From: a bacterium
GTDB lineage: Bacteria > Armatimonadota > Zipacnadia > Zipacnadales > UBA11051
Direction of reading: 5' to 3'
NCBI GenBank assembly: GCA_021372615.1
Contig: JAJFUB010000093.1
Location: forward strand, 7,912 to 71,911
DNA: 64,000 nucleotides
The position numbers and the translations under genes are program-made. The notes under the pieces are model-generated. The model saw only the letters and a list, made by a program, of their open reading frames with translations, ran no database searches and was not told where the DNA came from. Below are positions 22,470-32,400 of the stretch, one piece after another. Every line of letters begins with the position of its first letter. The stretch's first letter is position 1.

Positions 22470-22625
22470 GCCGCGTGGGCGGGCGTGTCCTCACGCCCGC
22501 AGTGCCGTCGGCCGCGTGGGCGGGCGTGTCCCCACGCCCGCAGTGCCGTCGGTCGCGTGGGCGGGCGTGTCCCCACGCCCGCAACGGCTTTGGCCGCGTG
22601 GGGACACGCGGCCCCACGCGACCCT
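22470..22625. repeat. Tandem array of REP family A variants (three 41-bp units plus one inverted unit)
   Basis: GCCGCGTGGGCGGGCGTGTCCYCACGCCCGCA units start at 22470, 22511 and 22552. An inverted CGTGGGACACGCGGCCCCACGCG follows. Confidence 0.85.
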
Positions 22626-22642
22626 TGTGCTCCACGCGACGA

Positions 22643-23677
22643 CTACTGTGCGCCGACGAAGCGCTTGAACTGGTCGAGCAGGTCATCCGGCGGGTCGAAG
22701 GGCAGGTCCACCGGCCGGGCTTCAACGGTGCTCAGATAGCCGGCGAGGATGACCAGCCACTCGTCCAGCGAGGTGGCCAGGTTGGTCGGGCTGGGCTGGC
22801 CGGCGTCTTCGAGCCAGTCGAACATGGCGTTGGTCAGGCCGGCCTGGCCGGGCACGTCCTCTTCGCGGTAGTCCTTCTTGCCCTGCTCCACGGTGCCATC
22901 GGGCAGGGACTTCTCCCACCCGTACATGCGCCAGTGCAGGAAGCCCCTGGTGCCGTAGACCGCGATGCGCTTGTGAGCGTGGGCGGGGCCCTCCTCGAAG
23001 ATCGGGGCGCCCTCACCGGCCTGCAGCGCCGCGCGGACGCCGTTGGTGAAGGTGATCAGTGACTCGGCAGTCTTCGGCGCCGGGTGGGCGCAGCCGAGGT
23101 CGGTATAGCCCGAGGAAGCGCCGAACACGGTCTGGGCCGGGGCGTAGCTGTTGAAGGCGAACATCAGGTCCAGGACGTGCACGCCCTGGCCGGACATGGG
23201 GAGGACGGCCGAGGCGTCAATGAAGCGGACCTCGCCATAGACGCCGTCGGCGACCTCCTGCAGCATCTGCACGATCATCGGGTGGTGGCGCAACTGGTGG
23301 TTGACGGCGAACCGGGTGCGGCTGGTGGCTTCGAGCTGCCGCAGGGCCTTGTAGTCGTCGGCGCCGATGCAGACGGGCTTCTCGACGATGACGCCCGGGA
23401 CGCCCGCGCCGGCCAGCTCGGTCATGAGGCTGACGCGCAGGTCAGGCCGGGTGACCAGGTGCACCACGTCCGGCTGCTCGCGGTCGAGCATCGTCTGCAG
23501 ATCGGTGTAGCGGTTCGGGATGGAGAAGCGCTCGGCGAAGGCGTTGAGGCGTTCCTCATTCATGTCGCAGCAGGCGACGCGAGCGCCGCGGGTGATGAGG
23601 TCGTAGGCTTCGGCATGACCGGCGGCACGCGGGCCGCAGCCCAGGAAGGCGCACTTGTAGCTCATCTTCATCTCCAT
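22643..23677 (-). CDS. Gfo/Idh/MocA family oxidoreductase
   Basis: Rossmann motif LGCGPRA, VACCD, VHLVT, EKP, NHQLRHHP and GVHVLD. Confidence 0.9.
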   Translation of the reverse strand: MEMKMSYKCAFLGCGPRAAGHAEAYDLITRGARVACCDMNEERLNAFAERFSIPNRYTDLQTMLDREQPDVVHLVTRPDLRVSLMTELAGAGVPGVIVEKPVCIGADDYKALRQLEATSRTRFAVNHQLRHHPMIVQMLQEVADGVYGEVRFIDASAVLPMSGQGVHVLDLMFAFNSYAPAQTVFGASSGYTDLGCAHPAPKTAESLITFTNGVRAALQAGEGAPIFEEGPAHAHKRIAVYGTRGFLHWRMYGWEKSLPDGTVEQGKKDYREEDVPGQAGLTNAMFDWLEDAGQPSPTNLATSLDEWLVILAGYLSTVEARPVDLPFDPPDDLLDQFKRFVGAQ

Positions 23678-23777
23678 GCGACGTAGGTGGACGACGCGAA
23701 TGGCGGGTGCTTCGTGCCAGGGGGGGTGCGGACCTTCTCGGCGGCGGAAAAGACGGGCGGCGTCGCGGGGCCCGGCG

Positions 23778-25193
23778 TCAGACGTCAGCGGCCTCCGGCG
23801 GCGCGGCCGACGGCAGCAGGCGCGTGCTGCAGAGCAGCAGGAGCAGCCCCAGCAGGCGACTGACGCTCACGGGGAAGACGTCCAGATGGGGCACGGCGAA
23901 GATGAGGAGGCAGGCGAGGACGGGGAGCGCCAGGCTGCGGCGCGGTCCGCAGCGCAGTGCCCACAGGGCAATCGGGATCGCCAACACGTAGTGGTGAGCC
24001 CAGGCCACGGGGGCGAGCACCAACAGCAGGGCGATCAGGTCCAGGCTGAGGCCACAGCCGCGCCAGAAGCGGGTGTCGCTGCCCTCGCTCTGGGGTAGCT
24101 GCCGCTCGCGGGCCACGATCCGCGAACCGATCCACAGCAGCACCAGGACGGCGGCCACGCCGAAGAGCGGCGGCGTCAGGCGCGCGGCGAGGTCCGCGCT
24201 ATGGGTCGCGAGGCGCACGAGGTTGTAGATGACCGCGTGCAGGCCGTTGTCGTCGGGCCGCGTGCCGCGGGGGAAGTGCAGGCTGTGCCACAGCGCCTGG
24301 CGCCACAGACTCGTCCCGCCCGCCAGGAGGGACAGGCCGCCCAGCACCGCCCCGCCAACCGCCATGCCCGCCACGGCTGACCACCGTCGGTCACGCACCC
24401 AGCACGGCAGCAGCGCGACAGTATACGGCTTGACGAACAGCGCGAGCGCCGCCGCTGCCCCGGCCGCGAACGGCTGGCGCTCCTCGAGCAGCAGCGCGGC
24501 CAGCAGGGGGATCAGCACCCACAGGTCTACCTGGCCCTGGCGCAGCAGCACCACCAGCGGGGCCGACATCAGGAACAGGCCCGCACACAGGCAGGCCGCC
24601 CACGTGCGACCGAACTGCAGGCGCCGGGCGAAGCGATAGGCCAGGACGTACGCCAGACCGATCAGGAGCGCCTGCAGGTAGTTGTAGAAGCTGAACAGGG
24701 CGGCCGCGATGTCCAGGCCCGCCGCGCCCCCCGGGGCGTGGGCGGCCGCGCGCGCGACCAGCAGGTAGCCCAGCTCCCACATCTGCGCGGGCACCGGGGA
24801 GTAGAGGTAGCCGCTGCCGTAGGGGCTGCTGCCCGCCAGGACCGCCTCGCCGGCCAGTTGGTAGCGCTCGTAGTCCCAGTGCACCGGCGGCGACGGCGAG
24901 GTGAGGGTCAGGTAGTGGCAGGTGACGACGATCCACCCCAGCAGGGGCAGCAGCGGGAGCAGCTCGCGGGGCGCCACGCCCCGGCGCAGCAGCCCCCTGC
25001 GCCGGAGACAGTACGCGCAGACGACCGCGACGAGCAGCAGGCCGCCACACACGAAGCCCTGGTCCAGAGGGAAGTCGTACGACCATATGGGGCGGCCCAG
25101 GCGCCACAGCAGCAACGGGACGGCCTGGGTCAACAGGGCCAGGGCGACCCAGCCCGCCAGTGAGCACAACGACTGACGTGTGCGACACGACAT
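23778..25193 (-). CDS. Polytopic membrane glycosyltransferase, GT87/DUF2029-like (GT-C fold)
   Basis: DYERYQLAGEAVLAGSSPY, YLYSP, GQVD, FVKPY, DNGLH and PVAWAHHYV, with many TMs. The start is uncertain. Confidence 0.75.
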   Translation of the reverse strand: MSCRTRQSLCSLAGWVALALLTQAVPLLLWRLGRPIWSYDFPLDQGFVCGGLLLVAVVCAYCLRRRGLLRRGVAPRELLPLLPLLGWIVVTCHYLTLTSPSPPVHWDYERYQLAGEAVLAGSSPYGSGYLYSPVPAQMWELGYLLVARAAAHAPGGAAGLDIAAALFSFYNYLQALLIGLAYVLAYRFARRLQFGRTWAACLCAGLFLMSAPLVVLLRQGQVDLWVLIPLLAALLLEERQPFAAGAAAALALFVKPYTVALLPCWVRDRRWSAVAGMAVGGAVLGGLSLLAGGTSLWRQALWHSLHFPRGTRPDDNGLHAVIYNLVRLATHSADLAARLTPPLFGVAAVLVLLWIGSRIVARERQLPQSEGSDTRFWRGCGLSLDLIALLLVLAPVAWAHHYVLAIPIALWALRCGPRRSLALPVLACLLIFAVPHLDVFPVSVSRLLGLLLLLCSTRLLPSAAPPEAADV

Positions 25194-25348
25194 GGATAGC
25201 GCCCCGCTGCAGTGGTACCTCGAGGTGGGTAGACGGCACAGTCCGGCGTCCGACCGGGACCTACACTCGCCCTATCTGGAGCGAGTCGTTCGCCCCGGGG
25301 CCGGCCTTCGCCTTCAGCGTCCATACCCGCCGCTGGCGCCGGGCTCCC

Positions 25349-26020
25349 CTACCGACGGCGACGCCGGAGCGCCAGCCCACCGAGGCCCAGACCGAGGAGG
25401 GCCAGGGTCGCCGGCTCGGGGGTATGGGCGGTGTCGGTGAGGTCGAGGGTCACGGTATCCACCGGACTGCCGGTGAGCTGCACGACGGCGCCCCAGAAGG
25501 GATAGTCGCCGCCCTCGTAGGTGATGGGGATCTTCCACTCGATGGTGGTGCCACCGTTCTCGGTGGCCTGGCAGTAGCCCGGTGGGAAGACGTACTCGAA
25601 GAACAGGCCCCCGTTGTTCCACTGGTGGTACTCACCGACCAGCACGCCGCTGTTGAAGGTGGCGCTGACATAGTAGTCAATGCCCGACAGCTCGTCGGGC
25701 ACACGGGCGTAGTTGGCGGGCGAGCCGTACGTGGGGCGCAGGTCGGCGTAGATGCCATACGAGTACTCGGTGGTGGTGGAGGGGACGGCGGCCAGGTCCA
25801 TGCGCAGGTAGATGGCGGTGTTGTCACGTCCCCACCAGATGGCGACGATGTCATTGGCGGGGGAGGCGGTGTCGCCGGAGGGGTCGCCCAGGCTGATGAC
25901 CTTGCCGACGGTGCTCCAGTCGTACAGGGAGACGGCGTGGGCGGCACCAGCGCAGCAGAGGGTGAGGGTCAGCAGGCAGGCCAGACGTGTGGGCACGGTG
26001 CGCCTCCAGTCGTGACGCAA
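25349..26020 (-). CDS. PEP-CTERM sorting domain protein
   Basis: Signal peptide and a C-terminal TPEPATLALLGLGLGGLALRRRRR. Confidence 0.92.
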   Translation of the reverse strand: MRHDWRRTVPTRLACLLTLTLCCAGAAHAVSLYDWSTVGKVISLGDPSGDTASPANDIVAIWWGRDNTAIYLRMDLAAVPSTTTEYSYGIYADLRPTYGSPANYARVPDELSGIDYYVSATFNSGVLVGEYHQWNNGGLFFEYVFPPGYCQATENGGTTIEWKIPITYEGGDYPFWGAVVQLTGSPVDTVTLDLTDTAHTPEPATLALLGLGLGGLALRRRRR

Positions 26021-26062
26021 GCTGCGAATGAGAGGGCCCTGTCGGACAAGCGAAGCTCATGA

Positions 26063-26096
26063 ATCAGAAAGGCCGTCCACGGGAGCGGACGGCCTT
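26063..26096 (-). terminator. Intrinsic terminator after the upstream PEP-CTERM gene
   Basis: 10-bp stem AAGGCCGTCC/GGACGGCCTT (26069-26096), followed on the minus strand by TCTGATT. Confidence 0.65.
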
Positions 26097-26115
26097 CATT
26101 TCGCCATGGGGAGGC

Positions 26116-26787
26116 TCAGTCCCTCCGCCGCCGTCGCAGAACGAGGCCGCCGAGACCCAGCCCCAGCAGCGCGAGGGTGGTCGGCTCGGGGGTGATGCCC
26201 TCGCCGGTGACGTCGAGTGTTGTGGCCGGGCTGCCCAGGTTCGTTACCCCGCCCCAGAAGGAGATGGTCTCGCCCGAGGCCGCCAGGGCGGAGGTCGGGA
26301 TGCGCCACTCAGCGGCGTAGTTGCCACCATCGGCCTGTTCGTAGAAGGTGACCGTGCCAAGGGAGACCCAGCTGGAACTGCCGGTGTCCCAACGCAGCAC
26401 CTGGGACCCGCCATCCAGGTCGTGCACGAAATCATTGATCAGCACGATGTCAATGCCCTCGCTGCTGAGCTCGGTGGGCATGTAGTTCGTGGCGCTGCCG
26501 CTGACGCCGGTGCGGGCGTCAATGTAGATGCCGTACATGTCGCCATGGCTGGCCACTGACGGCTGGACGTCGAGGTCCAGACGGAAATAGGTGTACTGGT
26601 CGTCCTGGCCCCACCAGAACGCGACGATGTCGCTGCCGGAGCCACCACCGCTCTGATCGCCCGTGGGGTCGGTGGCATACACCTTGTGCGGCTGCGTCGA
26701 ACTCCAGTCGAACATGAAGGCGGCCTGCGAGACACTGCAGACGCAAAACCCAACGGCCACCAAGACCAGCAGTCGCGGTATGGTCAT
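26116..26787 (-). CDS. PEP-CTERM sorting domain protein, paralog of 25349-26020
   Basis: Signal peptide, a shared core (DPTGD..SDIVAFWWGQDDQYTYFRLDL; YGIYID; ELS.GID; EWRIP) and a C-terminal TPEPTTLALLGLGLGGLVLRRRRRD. Confidence 0.92.
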   Translation of the reverse strand: MTIPRLLVLVAVGFCVCSVSQAAFMFDWSSTQPHKVYATDPTGDQSGGGSGSDIVAFWWGQDDQYTYFRLDLDVQPSVASHGDMYGIYIDARTGVSGSATNYMPTELSSEGIDIVLINDFVHDLDGGSQVLRWDTGSSSWVSLGTVTFYEQADGGNYAAEWRIPTSALAASGETISFWGGVTNLGSPATTLDVTGEGITPEPTTLALLGLGLGGLVLRRRRRD

Positions 26788-26822
26788 TGTGGTACTCCCA
26801 ATCTGGCTTTATCAGCGAGTGT

Positions 26823-26852
26823 ATTATGGAGTGGAATCGCGTGCGGTGTCAA
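26823..26852 (-). promoter_or_regulatory. Sigma70-type promoter for the PEP-CTERM genes
   Basis: Minus strand TTGACA-N18-CATAAT, followed by a GGGAG RBS before ATG 26787. Confidence 0.6.
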
Positions 26853-27235
26853 GACCATTGGCGTTCTTTTCTGCTTTGGACTGGACGTTCCGCCGAGCGG
26901 GGCATGTATGTCGGCTGGCCCGGTTCAGCCGCGGCAGGTGCCCGCAGAGCGCGACAAGAGCGGCGGGAGCGCGACAGCCGGCGCCATTCGTGCGGAGAGC
27001 CACGAGGGTCGGTCCTTCCCGCAGGCTGGCCGCCGTTCGGGCCGGCCTTGCGCACTTCTTGAAGCCGTCTGCTGCCTGTCTGGAGGTATCTGCCCTATTG
27101 TCCAGCATGGAGGCGGCGGGGCTGGCCCGATTCTCGCGTATTAGGAAGCAGTGTCGAAGGATGCGCACGGACGCGCGGCCGCACAAAGCAGTTGGTGTTC
27201 AGGGACCCGGGGAGAACAGGAGCGGCAGCCCCCCG

Positions 27236-28855
27236 ATGGCACTTCACCAACCCGACGACGCCCCGCAGACGTCCCCGGCCTCCGGCCTGAAGCACCGCCC
27301 GGGCGGAGGCGACTACAACGGCTACTTTGCGCGACTGGTCCTCCTGGCAGCGACGTTCGGCGTGGGGTACCTGCTCAACTACCTGTCGGGCGGGCGGCCG
27401 TATTTCGCCTTTCTGGCCGTCAGCGGCGTGATTCTGGTCTGCATCGGGCTGGTTTTGGGGCCGCGGATGCAGGCACGGTCGGCACGCGTGGCCGTCCCGC
27501 TGTTCGACCTGGCGTGGATCACCTTCGCCATGTACCTGACCAACGGCCTGGGCAGCGTCCTGCTGCCGCTGCTGTACATCGTCGTGGCCATGGCGGCGAT
27601 GCGCGGGGGACGCTGGGAGATTGGCACCAGCGTGGCAGGCGCGATCACGGCGATCTTCATCCTGGCCAGCACGAGGCACACCGGCCCCTCCCTGACGCTG
27701 GCGGTCGCGCAGGCGACGCTCCTGGCCGCCGGGGCGCTGGCGGTCCGCCTGACGGTCAACGAGGCGCCGTCGGAGGGGGAGGAGGACGGCAACGCCCGTC
27801 TGTACGAGACGCTGCTGCAGAAGACCTCGGACGCGGTGTTCACCCTGACACCGGACACCTGGCAGGTGTTGGAGGCCAACCCGGCCGCGCGGATCCTGTG
27901 CGGCGACGGGTCGGGGACGCGTGTAGAGGGCGAACCCCTCGACCGGCTCGTGGGCTTCCAGGACAAGGCCTTTGCCAAGACCTGCCGGAAGGCTCTGGCC
28001 GAGGGCCAGCCGGTCGTGGACGCCATCACGCACGCCAGCGGCCCCGACGGGCACAAGCTGCTGCTCCGCTGCAACATGATGCCGGTGCGTCCCGAGGGGG
28101 ACGGCGAGTCCATCCAGACAATCATCCAGGTCGTCGAGGAGGCGGAGATACAGCCCGCCCCCACGCCGCTGCGCGACGACTTCAGCCTCAACTACATCCC
28201 CTCTCTGACCCATGAGTTGAACAACCACCTGGCGGCCATCCGCCTGAGCGCCGAACTGGCGGCCACGACGGGACGGGCGCCGGACTTCAACGAGATCCAG
28301 CGCCAGGTGGATCGCTGTCAGGAAGTGCTGCAGACGGTCGTCGTGCAGATACTGCGCTCGTCCCAGCCCTCGGTCATGCCCGAGACGCCGCCGCAGGCTG
28401 ACCTCGCGCTGGCGATTGAGCGGGTTCTGCTCCTGACGCGCCCGCACATCCTCACCAACGGCGTGCAGCTGCAGGTGGAGATCGCGGACTTTCTGCCGCC
28501 GGTCCTGGGCTTCATGCACGAGGTGCAGGAGGCGCTGGTGCGGGTCATCATCGAGTCCGTGCAGCGCATGGCGCGGCATGACGGCCCGCGGGGGCTGACC
28601 CTGACCGTGACGCCGCGACGGAACACCGTCGAGATGCTCATCACCGATGCCAGCGAGGGCCTCAACACGCGCGAACTGGCGCTCATCAGCGGCCGGGCGG
28701 TGGCTGTGTCGCGCGCCGAGGACCGGACCTGGGAGATCGTGCGTGACGCCATCTGCCGCTTCGGTGGCGAAGTCCACGCAGACAATGGCCTCAACGGGGG
28801 CATGAGGCTGCGCCTTAGCTTGCCGATCTGTGACGAACAGCAGGTGGTGGCTTGA
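27236..28855 (+). CDS. Membrane PAS sensor with an intact H-box but a degenerate HATPase domain
   Basis: About 5 TMs, a PAS (TSDAVFTL...VLEANPAARIL) and H-box LTHELNNHL. The N, G1, F and G2 boxes are not recognisable. Start placed at ATG 27236. Confidence 0.75.
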   Translation: MALHQPDDAPQTSPASGLKHRPGGGDYNGYFARLVLLAATFGVGYLLNYLSGGRPYFAFLAVSGVILVCIGLVLGPRMQARSARVAVPLFDLAWITFAMYLTNGLGSVLLPLLYIVVAMAAMRGGRWEIGTSVAGAITAIFILASTRHTGPSLTLAVAQATLLAAGALAVRLTVNEAPSEGEEDGNARLYETLLQKTSDAVFTLTPDTWQVLEANPAARILCGDGSGTRVEGEPLDRLVGFQDKAFAKTCRKALAEGQPVVDAITHASGPDGHKLLLRCNMMPVRPEGDGESIQTIIQVVEEAEIQPAPTPLRDDFSLNYIPSLTHELNNHLAAIRLSAELAATTGRAPDFNEIQRQVDRCQEVLQTVVVQILRSSQPSVMPETPPQADLALAIERVLLLTRPHILTNGVQLQVEIADFLPPVLGFMHEVQEALVRVIIESVQRMARHDGPRGLTLTVTPRRNTVEMLITDASEGLNTRELALISGRAVAVSRAEDRTWEIVRDAICRFGGEVHADNGLNGGMRLRLSLPICDEQQVVA

Positions 28856-28856
28856 A

Positions 28857-29264
28857 ATGAGCATACTCACCGAGGGCAGCATTGGGACGGGACACCACGC
28901 ACTCGTCGTGGACGACGAGCCCGTGGTGGGTCATATCATCTGCAGTGTGCTCGAGCAGATGGGATACCAGGTGGATCAGGCGCTGGACGGCGACCAGGCG
29001 CTGGGCCTGGCGCGCCAGACGCCCTATGACATCGTCGTGTGCGACCTGCTGATGCCGCGCCTCAACGGCATGAATCTGTACGAAGTCTGGCGGGAAGAGG
29101 CGCCTCGCATCGCCCGACGCACGGTGTTCGTCACCGGCGACAGCCTGGGGAACGAGACCAGCGACTTCATCAACCGCACGGGGTGCCGCTGCATCTTCAA
29201 GCCCTTCCGGCTGAGCGAACTGGCCGAAGTCGTGGCCCAGGTGGAGCAAGAACAGGTGGCCTGA
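28857..29264 (+). CDS. Single-domain response regulator receiver
   Basis: LVVDDE, CDLLMPRLNG, FVTG and FKPF. Confidence 0.92.
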   Translation: MSILTEGSIGTGHHALVVDDEPVVGHIICSVLEQMGYQVDQALDGDQALGLARQTPYDIVVCDLLMPRLNGMNLYEVWREEAPRIARRTVFVTGDSLGNETSDFINRTGCRCIFKPFRLSELAEVVAQVEQEQVA

Positions 29265-29294
29265 GGGCACGAGCCCACACCGCTAGTCATCCCA

Positions 29295-29319
29295 GGGGTC
29301 GGGCGATACGCCCGGCCCC
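29295..29319 (+). terminator. Hairpin, possible terminator
   Basis: GGGGTCGGGCG-ATA-CGCCCGGCCCC downstream of the receiver gene. The U-tract is weak. Confidence 0.4.
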
Positions 29320-29416
29320 ATGCCGTTTCCGCCCCCGCAGGCAGGAGTGTCCGCGTCGGACCTCGAAGGCGTTCCCCACGTTCGCAACCTGAGTTATCCA
29401 CGACCCGAGGGTAGCC

Positions 29417-32400
29417 ATGAGACAGATGATCCTGGCGATGGGCCTGGCTGTGGCGCTGGCGTCGGCGGCCGGCGCGGCGGTGGTGTCGGACGGAAACGGG
29501 CTGACAGGCGCCTGGGACGGGCAGACGCTGTCAGGCCTGAAGCTGGGCGGGCGGATGCTGGACGGCGTCACCGCCACGGTGGCGCTGCGCGACCCGCGCA
29601 CCGGCCGTCCTGCGGACTCGGCGCAGTTCAAGCTGACCTGCCAACTGACTGGCCGGAACGGCGCGCTGTGGCTGCAGGGCCGCGTCACGGCCGCCGGCGA
29701 AGCCGACACCGTGGCTGACCTGGTGCTGCGCTGGGAGGGGGTGTCGCTGCCCACGGGCAACGGCGACACGGACCTGCTGCTGGCCGCCAAGCTCGTGAAC
29801 AAGCTGCCACTGTGCCCACTGCGGCGCCTGGCCGACGGCAGCGACGTGCTGGCGATGGCCGTGCCGGCCGACGATCCGGTTGTCTACGCCTTCAAGGACC
29901 TGCCGGGCGAGCAGGCAGTGGAGCTGCGGCTGCCGCTGGGCTTCACGCGCGACGCCGCGCCGGCCCTGCGGATGCAGGCGCCGTTCCGCCTGGTGCTCTT
30001 CCAGACTGACCCGCGGTGGCACTTCCGCTCCGTGCTGGCGCAGTACTACCGCCTCTTCCCGAAGCAGTTCGCGCGGGTCGAGAAGCGCGACGGCGGCTGG
30101 TTCTTCGCCAACGAGGTGCCGCAGATCCCCAACCCGCAGCACTTTGCGTTCTTTGAGGGGCTCGGCGACGCGAAAGTCACGCATGACCGTGGGCTGGGAA
30201 TGTATCCGTATAGTGAGACCAGCTCCGAGACCATCCACCTACCCGGCCCCGGCCTGCCCAGGGGCTATGACGAGGCTATGCAGCAGCTTGAGGCACTGGA
30301 GCAAGCGCGCGCGCCGCAGGGATGGGAAGTCGCCGGTGGCGACCTGGACGAGGCCGTCAAGCACGGCGGACGCTTCTCGTACCAGGCCTCCGCTGACAAG
30401 CCCGGCTCGGCCTATGCGCGCCAGATCGTGCCCTTGAGGCCGGCCATCGCCGAGCCGGTGGTGGTGGAGGGCTGGAGCAAGACCGAGAACGTCAGCGCCG
30501 GCGGCAATCCCAACGACTACTCGATCTACGTGGACTGCCAGTTGGCCGACGGGAGCTACCAGTTCGGCCAGTGCGCCACGTTCCGCGCCGGGACGCATGA
30601 CTGGGAGAAGGCGACCTTCGTCATTCAGCCGCGCCAGCCGCTGACCGACCTGCGGGTGTACGCCATGTTCCGCAACCGCACCGGCACGGCGTGGTTCGAC
30701 GATGTGCGCCTGTACCGGCAGAGCAAGCCCGGAGAGAACCTCATCGCCAACACGGACTTCGAGACGCTGGGGAAGCGGGCGGACATCCAGTACTGCCGCG
30801 ACAACGCGCTGACCGACGCGGAGGGGCGGTACCGCTTCATCATCACGGATAACCTCGCGGCAGACATCCCGCCGGCGCACCCGCTGAGCCTGCTGCGGTT
30901 CGCCTGCAACGTGGACCCGGACTGGCAGGCGCCGGAGGGGCGGCCGACGCCCTGCGGCCGGGCGGTAGCCATGTACGACAACCTGTTCGCCACGGTGGAC
31001 ATTGATGGGGCCTACATCGACTCGGTGTGCGCGTGGTGCGTGTGGTACCTGAACTTCCGGCGTGACCACTGGCCGGCGGCCACGTCCCTGTTCACGTACG
31101 ACCCGGCGACCTTCAAGGTGGCCCAGGCCGGGAAGCTGGCGATGGTCAAGTACCTGCGCTTCATCGGCGATCGCTTCCATCGTGCGGATGCAGGCATCCG
31201 CCAGGGCAAGACGATCTTCGGCAACATGGGGCCCTCGACCGAGGCGTGGGACAACTACCCGGCCCTGGACATCATCGGCATCGAGAGCAGTCAGTTCCGC
31301 GACCGGGCGCTGATGGGCTATCACCGCTTCGGCGGCTACCACAAGCCCGTGCTGCCGATGAACTTCGTGAACCTGCACCACCTCGACGACCGCGCCACGG
31401 CCGAGGAGTTCGTGCTCGCCAGCGCCCAGTGGGGCGAGTTCCCCAGCACCGGACGCTATGTGCGGGAGGGCTACACCAGCTACGGGGATGTGTGCCACTC
31501 GTACTATCCGCCGCTGGTGGAGATGTCGCGGGCCGGGTGGGAGCCCGAGCCGCTGTGTGAGGGCGTGCGGGCCGAGCGGTTCGGGACGGGCGACCCGCTC
31601 TACTTCACGGTGCGCGCCCCGCACGAGGCGCGGCAGGCTCAGATGCTGATCCTCAAGCAGGCGCTGGGGGCGATCAAGAACCCTGTCGTCATGGATGCGG
31701 TGCAGTTGACGCCGGTGCCCGCGAAGCTGACACCACAGGGGCTCGCAGTCAGCATCACTGACGGGGCTGATGTGCTGACGATCCTGCGGGTGTCGTCGGC
31801 CGAGAACGCGCGGGGGTGGCTGCTGGAGCGCGCGGCGTTGCACTGCGAGTACGGCTCGCGGGTGCAGGCGATCTCCCCGCACACGGCGCCCCTGCAGGCC
31901 CTCGCCCGGGAGCTGCGCCAGCCCGGCCGCAGGAACGCCAGCATCCTGCTGGCAGCCGTGAAGCGCCTGCAGTCCGAGGAGGCGAAGGTCGAGGCCGAGC
32001 CCGACAGCCTGGAGAAGACGAGCCTGCTCTTCGAGCTGCGCGACGCCGAGCGGGCGCTGGCCGAGTGGCTGCTGGCCGCAGACGGCGCCAGCCTGCAGGC
32101 CCCCGGCCTCGGCCTGACCCCGGTGTCGGAAGCCGCCAGCCTCTCCCCCACCTTCGCCGCCGGCACGAGCGGGGCGAAGCTGCTGGGCAGTTGGGGCGAG
32201 GACGGGCGCAACATCCTGCGGCGGCAGCATGAGAAGATCCCGGCCGATCTGGCGGCACCCGGGCAGCCAGCCGTCCTGCGGAGCAGCCAGCCGGGCGCGG
32301 CGCACGTGCTCTCGGCGATCCATGTGCCCATCCCCGGGGCGGCGCCGATCATCGTGCTGCGCGCCCAGAACGTGTTCTTCGCCTCCGTCCTGAAGGCGCG

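Noticed and set aside
22470-22625. Possible CRISPR array
   Set aside because: There are only three units, the spacers are about 9 nt and identical, the unit matches dispersed REPs, and no cas genes are present.
25194-25348. Structured RNA between the PEP-CTERM gene and the GT87-like gene
   Set aside because: Only short imperfect hairpins, expected at this GC content, with no recognisable motif.
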